This document shows positions 54,986 through 64,000 of a stretch of 64,000 nt of DNA, in pieces. The stretch lies in contig JAEWOE010000006.1 of NCBI GenBank assembly GCA_023460995.1, positions 231,933 to 295,932 on the forward strand. The letters run 5' to 3'. The stretch is from Bacillota bacterium (lineage in GTDB: Bacteria; Bacillota_I; Bacilli_A; RF39; UBA660). Position 1 is the first letter of the stretch, and each line of letters begins with the position of its first letter. Both the position numbers and the translations under genes were made by a program. The notes below the pieces were generated by a model. It was given only the letters and a program-made list of their open reading frames with translations, did no database searches and had not been told where the DNA came from.

Positions 54986-57655
54986 TTGTTAGAATTTAAA
55001 GGAGTTAATAAGCATTATAAACCTAAGAAAGGTTATATTACAAAAGCCTTACAAAATATAAACATTCAATTTCCTAACACTGGTATGGTCTTCATCATTG
55101 GAAAAAGTGGTAGTGGGAAAAGTACTTTATTAAATCTTATTGGAGGTTTGGATAAACAAGATAGCGGTGAAATATTTTTAAATAATAAGAGCTTCAGAAC
55201 ATTTAAAAACAAAGACTTTGATTATTATCGAAATACATGCATAGGTTTTATATTTCAAGAGTTTAATTTATTGGCCAATGATAATGTTTATCAAAATATC
55301 CGTCTTGGATTAGATTTGAAAAAAGAAAAAATTTCTAATGAAAATATGGAGAATTTATTAAATGAAATTGGTATATCTGGTTTAGGAAATAGGAAAATTA
55401 ATGAATTATCAGGTGGACAAAAGCAAAGAGTAGCTATAGCTAGAGCATTAGCAAAAGACCCCAATATAATTTTAGCCGACGAACCAACGGGAAATTTAGA
55501 TTCAGATACAAGTAAACAGATATTTGAACTATTAAAATCAATAAGTGAACAAAAGTTAGTTATTGTTGTTTCTCATGATATGGAATCGGCACAAAATTAT
55601 GCTGATCGCATAATCGAGCTTAAAGATGGTCAAATATTAAATGATACAAACAATAACTTTATTGTAGAGGACAATAAAGAACTAAAATTAAAAAAGACGA
55701 AATTATCTTTTGATAGAACTTTAAGATTAGCAGTTTCCAACTTAAAAAGAAAGAAATTAAAAATTTTAGTTACAACACTACTGATAACTTTTTCACTTAT
55801 TTTATTTGGGTTTTCATATATGTTAACTAAATTTGATATACCATATACACATGCTAAAACAATTGCCACAACTAACGAAGATAAAATTGAAGTTTATAAA
55901 AAAGTTAATAACAAAATATATGCTATAAATTCTTCAATAAACTCATATACAACTAGAGATTTAAACTATTTAGAAAATAAATTAATGGAGAATAAAATTG
56001 AACCATTAGAGGTTAGCACAATCAAAGAAAATGATGCTATTTTACAAATAAATTTTAATGAGTCATATCAAGAACAAGAAAACTATAAAGACTATGCCTA
56101 CTATTCACTTGGAATGTACAATACATTATTCACGGAACTTCCTGAAAGTGCAAACATCAAAATAATAGGAACAAAGCCGAAAGAAAAGAATGAAATATTA
56201 GTAAGTAAGCTGTTTGCTGATTATATGATACATAAAGGTATAGTAAACTATGATACTGATAAAGAGGGCGAACTGGTTTCAAAGATAATTAATTTTAAAT
56301 CATATGATGAAATTATTTCTAAAAATTACAAAATTAATTTTGGTTCTACTTATTTGATAATAAGTGGAATAATAGATAATGATTTAAGCAAATATGAATA
56401 TCTAAAAAATACAACAGTTAATGAGGTAAGTGTAAATAGGGACAATCTATATAATGAATTTCAAACAAAATATTCTCAGCACTGGTATATTTATGTTAAT
56501 AATAACTTTTTTGATGATTTGGAATTACAACCAAATAAGGGGCTAAATCAAAGTTTGTATAAAGCAAATATTATGAAAAATGAAAACAAAATATTTTTAG
56601 ACTATTCTTTATTAAATTTAGATAAAGAGATAACTGTTTATGATGACGAAAACAGCAAGAAAATAAATAAATTAGGGGATAACGAAATAGTTATAAATGA
56701 TTTATTTTTAGACAAAATGACAGAAGGTGATTTTGGCAAAAAACAGTTAGAATATTTAAAGCAAAAAGAAGATGAATATAAAACTTTAGAGGAAGAACGA
56801 GAAAAAAAGATAGAAGAGCAAGCAAAATTAAAAGAACAAAATCCAGCATTAGAATTTGAAGATATTCCAGACATTGTTAGGACAGACACATATACTTTAG
56901 CTAGAGATTTTACTTATAACTATTTAAAAGAAAATAGTATTATTGGTTCTACAATTAATTTGCAAATTAATGATTTGTATTTGCGTTTAAGTCAAAATGG
57001 CACTACAAATTATGAAAACATTAAAATAGTAGGTTATACAAGTGATGATAGCTTTTCTACGTTTGTATCAAATAACATTATTGATAAGTGGATAGATCCG
57101 AATATTGAGATAGCATATGTTTATTTTAATGAAGACAATATAGAAGTTTTAAGAAAAATATTTAATGAAATACCTTCAAATAGTAAAGAATATATGGTAA
57201 AAACTATCTACAGTAGCAGTATGAAAATATTGGAAAAAATAGTGAATAAGGTATCGACGATAGCTAAATATACTAGTCTTGTATTTTTGTTATTTTCTGT
57301 ATTTCTATTCACAAATTTTGTGGTTTCTAGTATTAATAATAGTAAAAAGGACATAGGAATCTTAAGGGCGTTAGGTACTAGAAAAAAAGATGTGTTTAAA
57401 ATTTATATTTTAGAAGATTTTATTGTTGGACTATTTTCACTTTTATTATCATTATTAATTGTTTTGATGCTTAAAGATTATTGCAATACACTTATATCAA
57501 GGGATCTATTTTTTACAGCCGAGGTGTTAATCTTTAGAATTGATGTTGTATATGCACTTATTATTTCAATTTTTATAATAGTTTTAGTTTCTTCAATTAT
57601 ACCAATATATAAATTGTCAAATATGAAACCAATAGATGTTATTTATGACAAATAA
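54986..57655 (+). CDS. Fused ABC transporter: ATP-binding domain + MacB/FtsX-type permease with a large extracytoplasmic domain
   Basis: GKSGSGKST, LSGGQKQRVAIARAL, ILADEPTGNLD, and the C-terminal FtsX motif GILRALGTRKKDV. TTG 54986 lies 6 nt after GGAGGT (alternative start ATG 54968). Confidence 0.8.
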   Translation: MLEFKGVNKHYKPKKGYITKALQNINIQFPNTGMVFIIGKSGSGKSTLLNLIGGLDKQDSGEIFLNNKSFRTFKNKDFDYYRNTCIGFIFQEFNLLANDNVYQNIRLGLDLKKEKISNENMENLLNEIGISGLGNRKINELSGGQKQRVAIARALAKDPNIILADEPTGNLDSDTSKQIFELLKSISEQKLVIVVSHDMESAQNYADRIIELKDGQILNDTNNNFIVEDNKELKLKKTKLSFDRTLRLAVSNLKRKKLKILVTTLLITFSLILFGFSYMLTKFDIPYTHAKTIATTNEDKIEVYKKVNNKIYAINSSINSYTTRDLNYLENKLMENKIEPLEVSTIKENDAILQINFNESYQEQENYKDYAYYSLGMYNTLFTELPESANIKIIGTKPKEKNEILVSKLFADYMIHKGIVNYDTDKEGELVSKIINFKSYDEIISKNYKINFGSTYLIISGIIDNDLSKYEYLKNTTVNEVSVNRDNLYNEFQTKYSQHWYIYVNNNFFDDLELQPNKGLNQSLYKANIMKNENKIFLDYSLLNLDKEITVYDDENSKKINKLGDNEIVINDLFLDKMTEGDFGKKQLEYLKQKEDEYKTLEEEREKKIEEQAKLKEQNPALEFEDIPDIVRTDTYTLARDFTYNYLKENSIIGSTINLQINDLYLRLSQNGTTNYENIKIVGYTSDDSFSTFVSNNIIDKWIDPNIEIAYVYFNEDNIEVLRKIFNEIPSNSKEYMVKTIYSSSMKILEKIVNKVSTIAKYTSLVFLLFSVFLFTNFVVSSINNSKKDIGILRALGTRKKDVFKIYILEDFIVGLFSLLLSLLIVLMLKDYCNTLISRDLFFTAEVLIFRIDVVYALIISIFIIVLVSSIIPIYKLSNMKPIDVIYDK

Positions 57656-58319
57656 AATATATAAAAATGAAGAGGAAATGATTGAAGAAAATAAAGTCCT
57701 TCAAAAGCAAGCATTAAAAGATTTACAAAAAGCTAATACTGAATGGAAGAAAAGTAAAAAAAGAAAATTGATAATATGGGTATCTTGTGTTATAACTTTA
57801 TTTGTAATATTCAAGATTTTTGTTGGTGAAATTATTTTGCAAAATATAGCATTTTATAATAAAAATAGGTGGTATATTGTTAAGATAAACAATGAGGTGA
57901 CTACAGTACATGTTGATGAGGAACAGTTTACAACTATCATTCCTTTTATGGTAAGATTAAAATCAATAAGTATTGAAAATTTTTATGGTGATAATCCGCT
58001 TGTTAGTGAGTTTCAAATTAAAAAGGGCGATAGTATAAATATGACAATTAAATCTTATACTTGCTTTTATGAGGCTTATGATATGCAAATGCCATGTAAT
58101 TCAGAAAAAAAAGAACTAATTAAAACAGTTACAAATGATACGACTTACAATTTATATATAAGACGCAATAAAAATCAAGAAGTTATGTATGATGGAGTTT
58201 TAATTAATGATATAAGCAAATATTTTCCTGAAAAGGGAGGCTATTTTGTTTATATTACAGGAAATTATAAGAATGTAGTGTCTTATATAAGTTTTATTGT
58301 TAATGTTGTTGAAGAATAA
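57645..58319 (+). CDS. Single-pass membrane protein, paralogue of 63132-63803, translationally coupled to the ABC gene
   Basis: ATG 57645 overlaps the end of the ABC gene by 11 nt. EEMIEENK..QKQALKDLQKA, a TM segment, then a Cys-containing ectodomain. Confidence 0.6.
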   Translation: MTNKIYKNEEEMIEENKVLQKQALKDLQKANTEWKKSKKRKLIIWVSCVITLFVIFKIFVGEIILQNIAFYNKNRWYIVKINNEVTTVHVDEEQFTTIIPFMVRLKSISIENFYGDNPLVSEFQIKKGDSINMTIKSYTCFYEAYDMQMPCNSEKKELIKTVTNDTTYNLYIRRNKNQEVMYDGVLINDISKYFPEKGGYFVYITGNYKNVVSYISFIVNVVEE

Positions 58320-58327
58320 AATTTTAA

Positions 58328-58664
58328 GTGTATGCAAAATATTATGTAAACGATAATAGACCTAAGATAGCACTAGATGCTTTTCGTAATTGGTTTTTAT
58401 TTGGTGGCTTAAAACCTTATTCGTACACAACAGCTAATAATCATAAAAAAAGTATTGTAAACTTTCTAATGTTAAACAAATAATATCACGGGAGTTTAGA
58501 CATGGTCATGTATCACTACCTATTAATTAAAGCGTAATGATAACAGAATTAGTGAGCGATTAGGATATGCTGATCCAAGCATAACTTTAGGAATATATTA
58601 ACATATGCTACTAAAAGAAAATAATCAGGTATTAGATGTATTAAATAGTTTAAATAGCAAGTAG
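58328..58664 (+). pseudogene. Remnant of a tyrosine recombinase (phage integrase family) with an internal deletion, frameshifts and stops
   Basis: N-terminal SAM-like fragment ..IALDAFRNWFLFGGLKPYSYTTANNHKKSIVNFL*. Box II fragments RHGHVSL and ISERLGYADPSITLGIY*H, where consensus YSH is replaced by Y-TAA-H at 58599. Confidence 0.7.
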
Positions 58665-58709
58665 AAATATTTGCTTTTTTTGTAATATGATCTATAATTC
58701 TATTAAAAT

Positions 58710-59168
58710 ATGAATAGGATGAATATTGTGGATAACTATAAAAATTTAAGGCTTTGGTTAGAATCTATGGACAAAGAAAATGATAAAAAAATTTTGATTG
58801 GGAATTATATACTGGAGAATTACTTAAAGGATGAAAAGTCAACTGGTTTTCAAATAAATCATGCTTATGAAAAAACTAAAAATATAGAATTTAGTTTAAA
58901 CTATGACGAAACTAATAGCATATATTTTTGTGAGTGGTATGATAATCAAAATTTGGCTACTCAATATATGGCTTTTTTAGAAGATGCAAAAAAATCACCA
59001 TTTGATAAAACACCTATAACTTTCATTTTTATTACTTAGGAAAAATTAAAAGAAAAAATTTCAGTAGTATCTGAAGATAGTGATTTAAAACAATCAGAAA
59101 CATTTTTTATTATTGCAATTGAAGAAATTAATAAATTATTAGGCTATCCACTAAATGTTTCTAGTTAA
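58710..59168 (+). pseudogene. Hypothetical island ORF with an in-frame TAG at 59037-59039
   Basis: The 109-codon ORF continues in frame for 42 more codons after the TAG, to TAA at 59166-59168. Confidence 0.35.
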
Positions 59169-59174
59169 TAATTT

Positions 59175-59196
59175 GGTCTTGTTTTTGTCTTGTTTT
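59175..59196 (+). repeat. Tandem GGTCTTGTTTT/TGTCTTGTTTT in the right island arm
   Basis: GGTCTTGTTTTTGTCTTGTTTT, 105 nt inside attR, in the same orientation as the left copy. Confidence 0.6.
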
Positions 59197-59300
59197 GACT
59201 AAAAAGTAGAGGATTATAGAGGTAAATGGTAAACAGTGATAACTAACAAAGCCTTATAATATAAGAAAATAAACTTTTAAGATACGCACTTCAAATTTTT

Positions 59301-59317
59301 CTGTTTTCCCGACCATT
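59301..59317 (+). repeat. attR core (displaced tRNA-Pro 3' fragment)
   Basis: CTGTTTTCCCGACCATT, preceded by the degenerate T-arm remnant TTCAAAT. Confidence 0.8.
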
Positions 59318-59496
59318 ATATAAAATATCGATGCGTATTAATGTTTTTTTTATGTCTTAATTAATATTCTATAAAATTCCTTAGAGATTTTATTAAATAA
59401 AATTAAATAGTAATTATACAATGACACTATATTTAAAAATATTGCTTAATAACACGTAATGTAGTAAAATTATAAAAGATTTAAAGAGGTGAATTT

Positions 59497-60309
59497 ATGT
59501 TAAATATTAATAATCAATCTGATAAAGAAAAGATGATGCAATATCACAGAACTAAAGATATGATTAATTTAATAACATACTTTCCAGAACTAAGTCCTAT
59601 AAGAAATTTAACTATTGTCGATTCACTTGAAGATTATCTTGATAATTATGATTTATGTAAAAATTTTCCTGGAGAAAGAAATGATACTCTAATTATAAAA
59701 CCAGCTATGAAGAGCATAGAACAAACAGGTATTAATCCTAATATAGTTGAAATATTCCCGTTAGTAAAAGAAGCAGATTCAGATGGTGTTATAGTTTTAT
59801 TTGATTTATGTCATAGTCCTAGCGAAAGGTATGAAAGATATGCAGGTATTTCAATAGGTGTAAGTATAGGAAAAGGTATATTTATTGATGCAGTAGGTAG
59901 AGGCTTTGATGGTAGAGAAGTTTCAAAAGGCTTATCAGTTCATGAGAGATATTATATACCTTGGTACGAGTTGAGAAAAGTTTGTGTAACTAAATTTAGA
60001 GATTATAGAACCTATGTTATTTCAGAATTAGATTATATAATAAGCAGAGAAAATAGAATAAAATTCTTATTGTCATTAGGCTTAGATGAAGAACTTATAA
60101 ATAATAGTGTACCATTAATGTACGAAGAGATACCAGATTTTATTTGGAAAGATGTAATTACAAAATTAATAAAAAAATTAGAAAAAATGGAAGAAGAATT
60201 GATAGCAGTAGGATTAAATGAATTTGCAGTTAGCGGGCATACTGAAGGCAAACAATTTTTACCTTGGCAGCTGTTTGATAAATCTAGATATATTTTAAAA
60301 AATAGATAG
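59497..60309 (+). CDS. Hypothetical protein (270 aa)
   Basis: ORF with an AAAGAGGTGA RBS. Confidence 0.55.
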   Translation: MLNINNQSDKEKMMQYHRTKDMINLITYFPELSPIRNLTIVDSLEDYLDNYDLCKNFPGERNDTLIIKPAMKSIEQTGINPNIVEIFPLVKEADSDGVIVLFDLCHSPSERYERYAGISIGVSIGKGIFIDAVGRGFDGREVSKGLSVHERYYIPWYELRKVCVTKFRDYRTYVISELDYIISRENRIKFLLSLGLDEELINNSVPLMYEEIPDFIWKDVITKLIKKLEKMEEELIAVGLNEFAVSGHTEGKQFLPWQLFDKSRYILKNR

Positions 60310-60472
60310 ATTTTGTCATGTAATGGTATAATTAAAAAGAGAGATGTTGTATATGCTTTTGAATAATAGTAAAGAAGATTATTGTAAATAGCGTATTTAA
60401 AAAAATAACAAAAGTTAAAGAACAATTATAAACTTAACATAAGTTACAATGAATTAAAGGAGAACTTGCTAT

Positions 60473-61153
60473 ATGAGAAAAGTATTTCTATATCTATATC
60501 CAGTAGAAGAATATCAAAGAATTTTTATATTATCTGATAAATACTATGAAAATCATAATTTAGAAAATCCAATTATAGTTTTAAATGAATGTATTAAAAA
60601 AAGATATAAAGAAAATGGCTATGAAGTTATAATAGCTAACTATCCTGATAAAGAAGTGTTTGGCATTAGTAAAAGTAATATAGATAGAATAATTAATACG
60701 GATGTTACATTTAAAGAAGCTTCTGGTTATAGAGAAGATGGTAGTGAAAAACCTCTTGAAGAAGTAAAATATCCTAGTGAGCAACACTTACTAGATCAAG
60801 TTGGCAATGTGGATGAAATTATAGTTGGTGGATTTCATGCAGGTGACTGTGTAAAAAGAGTAGCTGAACATTTCTATAAAAATGGGATCAATACAATGAT
60901 TGATTTAGAGCTTACCGACTTCTTATTTCATTTGTATAAGCAACCATACTTTAGAAAAGAAGTTTATAATCCTTCTAACTATAAACAACATAGTATTGCA
61001 CTAGGATTAAGATATAAAGAAAATATTGATTGGATCACTAACCAACTAAAAGAAACATACGGATCACCAATATACAAATTTGATGAGTATGAACCAACTA
61101 TATCAATAGAAGAAGTATTAGATAACAATCAAACAAGAATGCAAAGAAGGTAA
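60473..61153 (+). CDS. Hypothetical protein (226 aa)
   Basis: ORF with an AAAGGAG RBS. Confidence 0.55.
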   Translation: MRKVFLYLYPVEEYQRIFILSDKYYENHNLENPIIVLNECIKKRYKENGYEVIIANYPDKEVFGISKSNIDRIINTDVTFKEASGYREDGSEKPLEEVKYPSEQHLLDQVGNVDEIIVGGFHAGDCVKRVAEHFYKNGINTMIDLELTDFLFHLYKQPYFRKEVYNPSNYKQHSIALGLRYKENIDWITNQLKETYGSPIYKFDEYEPTISIEEVLDNNQTRMQRR

Positions 61154-61157
61154 ATGT

Positions 61158-61658
61158 ATGAATACAGAAATTATGGATATTATAGAAAATCCAGATACGA
61201 ATTATTTAAATAATTTTATTAAAAATATTTTTGATTCAATAGCAATTAAAAATAAGAAAGAACTTTTGGAAAATGAAAAAATTTCCATATTTTGTCATTA
61301 TACTGATAGTGAGTTTGATTTAATATGTGATGGATATAATTTTTACATAGAAGTATTTTATAGCCTTTGCGGATTAGGTGAAGAATTAATAGAAAAAACA
61401 TATATTGCATTTGATAATAAAAAAGATGCAATTATGTTTACTTCATTAATATATGAAAAGTTTAAAGAATATTTTGGTGAGTCTGGATATGATATTTCTG
61501 ATAATGAAAGTGGAAAATCATTTTCATCTGGTGGAACTAATTTCAATTTTGAAAAGAATTGTGGTATTAATTTTGTATGTCATGGTATAGAACCTAGTGT
61601 ATTTAAAAATAAAGAAAAGAAAATAGGTAATTATAAATATAGCAAAAGAAATAATTAA
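61158..61658 (+). CDS. Hypothetical protein (166 aa)
   Basis: Tightly follows the previous ORF (4-nt gap). Confidence 0.5.
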   Translation: MNTEIMDIIENPDTNYLNNFIKNIFDSIAIKNKKELLENEKISIFCHYTDSEFDLICDGYNFYIEVFYSLCGLGEELIEKTYIAFDNKKDAIMFTSLIYEKFKEYFGESGYDISDNESGKSFSSGGTNFNFEKNCGINFVCHGIEPSVFKNKEKKIGNYKYSKRNN

Positions 61659-61683
61659 AATTTTAGTTAAGAAAGGTGATATT

Positions 61684-62040
61684 ATGGATAACAGTAAAAG
61701 TTATAAAAATATTGATGAGTATATAAATCTTTATCCTAGTGATGTAAGGGAAGTATTAGAACAATTAAGAAATGAAATAAATAGTGTTGCTCCAGAAGCT
61801 ATTGAAGTAATAAGTTATAACATGCCTGCTTTTAAATTGAGTGAAGTATTAGTATATTTTGCGGCATATAAAAAACATATTGGTTTTTATCCAACTCCAG
61901 ATGCTATAACAGAATTTAAGGATGAATTAGTATCTTATAAAACATCAAAGGGAGCAGTTCAGTTTCCATTAGATAAACCATTACCATTAGATTTAATTAG
62001 GAGAATGGTTAAATATAGAATTGATACAACTACTAAATAA
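61684..62040 (+). CDS. DUF1801 (YdhG-like) domain protein
   Basis: IDEYI...VREVLEQLR..I....PEA.E.ISYNMPAF......VYFAAYKKHIGFYP pattern. Confidence 0.65.
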   Translation: MDNSKSYKNIDEYINLYPSDVREVLEQLRNEINSVAPEAIEVISYNMPAFKLSEVLVYFAAYKKHIGFYPTPDAITEFKDELVSYKTSKGAVQFPLDKPLPLDLIRRMVKYRIDTTTK

Positions 62041-62080
62041 TAGATGATTATAAATCAAGTTTAAAATATGCAATATTTAA

Positions 62081-62106
62081 ATTCCTGTAAAGCAGGAGTT
62101 TTTTTA
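62081..62106 (+). terminator. Intrinsic terminator
   Basis: ATTCCTG/CAGGAGT (one G-U pair) followed by T7. Confidence 0.6.
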
Positions 62107-62172
62107 TGTCTAAATTATTACATTTTAAAATTATATGTTATAATCTAGACAGTAGTATAACGGGAGAAAATT

Positions 62173-63099
62173 ATGAAAGAAATTTGGTTAGCAGGTGGCT
62201 GTTTTTGGGGAGTAGAAGAATATTTTTCAAGAATTAAAGGTGTGGTAAAAACGGAAGTTGGATACGCTAATGGTAATACTGAAAATACCAATTACCAAAT
62301 TATTAGTAAAACAAGTCATTCAGAAGCAGTGTACATTATGTATGATGAAAATGTAGTTAAGCTTAATGATATATTAGATTATTATTTTAATATAATTGAT
62401 CCTACTTCTATAAATAGACAAGGTAATGATATCGGCTTACAATATAGAACAGGAATATATTATAAAGATGAAAGTGATTTATATGTTATTGAAAATATGC
62501 TAGAAAAAGAACAATTAAAATATAACAAAAAAATAGTTATTGAGGTAAATAAAATTAACAACTATGTTAAAGCCGAAGATTATCATCAAAATTATTTAAA
62601 GAAGAATCCAAATGGGTACTGTCATATAGATTTGCAAAGTATACCTATTAATCAAAATAAATACATTAAACCAAGTGATGAAGAAATTAAACAAAAATTA
62701 ACAGGTATTCAGTATGATGTCACACAAAATAATGCGACAGAAAAACCCTTTGAAAATGAGTATTGGAATCATTTTGAAAAAGGAATATATGAAGATGTTG
62801 TTACAGGAGAACCATTGTTTTTATCTTCAGATAAATTTAATTCAAACTGTGGGTGGCCAAGTTTTTCTAAGCCAGTTGGTAAAGAGTTAATTGAAACAAA
62901 AAAAGACTTTAGTCTAAATATGAAAAGAGAAGAAGTTAGAAGTAAAATAGGGAATAGCCATTTAGGTCATGTTTTTAAAGATGGTCCATTATTAAAAGGT
63001 GGTTTAAGATACTGTATTAATAGTGCTTCTTTAAGGTTTATTCCTCTTTCAAAGATGGATGAAGAAGGCTACGGACAGTATATAAATAAAGTGAAATAG
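62173..63099 (+). CDS. msrAB: Bifunctional peptide methionine sulfoxide reductase MsrA-MsrB
   Basis: GGCFWG (MsrA) and CGWPSF...RYCINS (MsrB). Confidence 0.9.
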   Translation: MKEIWLAGGCFWGVEEYFSRIKGVVKTEVGYANGNTENTNYQIISKTSHSEAVYIMYDENVVKLNDILDYYFNIIDPTSINRQGNDIGLQYRTGIYYKDESDLYVIENMLEKEQLKYNKKIVIEVNKINNYVKAEDYHQNYLKKNPNGYCHIDLQSIPINQNKYIKPSDEEIKQKLTGIQYDVTQNNATEKPFENEYWNHFEKGIYEDVVTGEPLFLSSDKFNSNCGWPSFSKPVGKELIETKKDFSLNMKREEVRSKIGNSHLGHVFKDGPLLKGGLRYCINSASLRFIPLSKMDEEGYGQYINKVK

Positions 63100-63131
63100 A
63101 TCAATTTTAATTAGAACAGTGGTGATTTGTT

Positions 63132-63803
63132 ATGGTAAACAAGATATATAGAAGCGAAGAAGAAATGATTGAAGAAAATAAATCCATTCAAAAACAAGCT
63201 TTAAAGGATTTACAAAAAGCAGATATTGATTGGAAGAAAAGTAAGAAAAAGAAAGTGATAATATGGGTATCCTGTATAATAGTTTTCTTTATAATATTTA
63301 AAATTTTTGTTGGGGAAATTATTTTAGAAAACATTGCACTATATAATAAAAACAGATGGTATATTGTTAACATAAATGATAAGCCATTAACGGTACATGT
63401 TTATGAGGAAAAATATTCAACAGTTATTCCGCTCATGGTAAAAATAAAGTCGGTGAGTAATACAACTTTTATAAATGGTGATATGGTTATTAATGAGGTT
63501 CAAGTAAATAAGGGTGACGATATTAATTTGGCAATAAACTCTTATACTTGTTCATATGAAGCTTATGATATGCAGATGCCTTGTGATCAAGATAAAAAGA
63601 ACCTGATTAAAACAATTACAAATGACACGACCTACAATTTATTTATAAGACGTAATAAGCATCAAGAAGTTATGTATGATGGTGTATTAGTAAATGATAT
63701 TAGTAAATATTTTCCTGAAACGGGTGGATACTTTGTTTTAATAACAGGGAATTATAAAAATGTTGTTTCTTATATAAGTTTTATAGTCAATGTCAATGAA
63801 TAA
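63132..63803 (+). CDS. Single-pass membrane protein, paralogue of 57645-58319
   Basis: Co-linear similarity over the whole length (for example IWVSC..F.IFKIFVGEIIL.NIA.YNKNRWYIV and TYNL.IRRNK.QEVMYDGVL.NDISKYFPE.GGYFV.ITGNYKNVVSYISFIVNV). Confidence 0.6.
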   Translation: MVNKIYRSEEEMIEENKSIQKQALKDLQKADIDWKKSKKKKVIIWVSCIIVFFIIFKIFVGEIILENIALYNKNRWYIVNINDKPLTVHVYEEKYSTVIPLMVKIKSVSNTTFINGDMVINEVQVNKGDDINLAINSYTCSYEAYDMQMPCDQDKKNLIKTITNDTTYNLFIRRNKHQEVMYDGVLVNDISKYFPETGGYFVLITGNYKNVVSYISFIVNVNE

Positions 63804-63912
63804 TAATGAAGTATTAATTATGGCTAAAGAAATAGAAGATATCAAGAGAATTATGAATAATATTAGTCCATTAAATGGATAATAAAATATATAGAATTAA
63901 ATAGGTGAAGAT

Positions 63913-64000
63913 ATGAAAAAATTAAGAAAAATGTTAGGTAAATATGATGATGATCATATTATAAACTTAATGAAACTAATTGAATCACAAAGTAAAGAAA
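63913..64000 (+). CDS. 5' end of an ORF truncated by the window edge
   Basis: TAGGTGAAG RBS, ATG 63913, MKKLRKMLGKYDDDHIINLMKLIESQSKE... Confidence 0.4.
   Translation, partial: MKKLRKMLGKYDDDHIINLMKLIESQSKE

Larger units (their letters stand above)
46741..59317. mobile_element. Decayed integrative genomic island of about 12.5 kb inserted in the 3' end of tRNA-Pro
   Basis: 17-bp perfect direct repeats CTGTTTTCCCGACCATT at 46741-46757 and 59301-59317, with TTCAAAT of the T-loop also retained at 59290-59296. Tyrosine integrase remnant at 58328-58664. Phage/defence-type cargo. Confidence 0.75.

Noticed and set aside
60330-60375. Mini-ORF MLYMLLNNSKEDYCK in the 60310-60472 gap
   Set aside because: It has only a weak purine-rich stretch upstream and no supporting context. 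This is indistinguishable from chance in AT-rich DNA.
60033-60425. 130-aa minus-strand ORF (and similar short antisense ORFs such as 10474-10734, 21642-22079, 43168-43467 and 56638-56889)
   Set aside because: They are antisense to longer ORFs with better start signals, which is typical of AT-rich stop-poor shadow frames.

Overview
Low-GC chromosome segment from a spore-forming Firmicute (Clostridia/Erysipelotrichia-like by inference), read with the standard genetic code. No rRNA genes or CRISPR arrays were seen.

Housekeeping and other core content:
- a gerA-type germinant receptor operon (A-C-small ORF-B)
- nadE, hpf-secA, trpS, msrAB and a cold-shock gene
- two P-type cation ATPases
- two tRNA clusters of 6 genes each, both with consensus promoters and intrinsic terminators

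Accessory content:
1. A 1029-aa protein with a prepilin-type N-terminus carrying Ig-like, discoidin-like and glycine-rich modules. Two further orphan pilin-like genes are present, and no pilus-assembly genes lie in the window.
2. An agr-type quorum-sensing locus: a LytTR regulator and AgrC-like kinase convergent with agrB, followed by an untracked 38-aa AgrD. Its predicted ring nucleophile is Ser rather than Cys.
3. A decayed integrative island of about 12.5 kb in the 3' end of tRNA-Pro. It has 17-bp att direct repeats, tandem GGTCTTGTTTT repeats in both arms, and a shattered tyrosine integrase.
   - Defence-like and phage-like cargo: a PD-(D/E)xK protein, DUF3800, a HEPN/AbiJ-like protein and an SSB.
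   - Also a fused ABC transporter module.
   - Three cargo genes are broken by point lesions.
4. Smaller items:
   - a Trp-containing 7-codon uORF ahead of trpS, which has no T-box
   - a perfect 13-bp palindrome over the nadE -10 element
   - a Nudix-PHP fusion gene divergent from a LysR regulator
   - a radical SAM/SPASM-like gene with adjacent mini-ORFs
   - several unexplained short repeats
   - a recurrent compact TGnTATAAT / TAGGTGAT-N3-4-ATG expression module

All functional calls come from motif recognition by eye. No database search was run.
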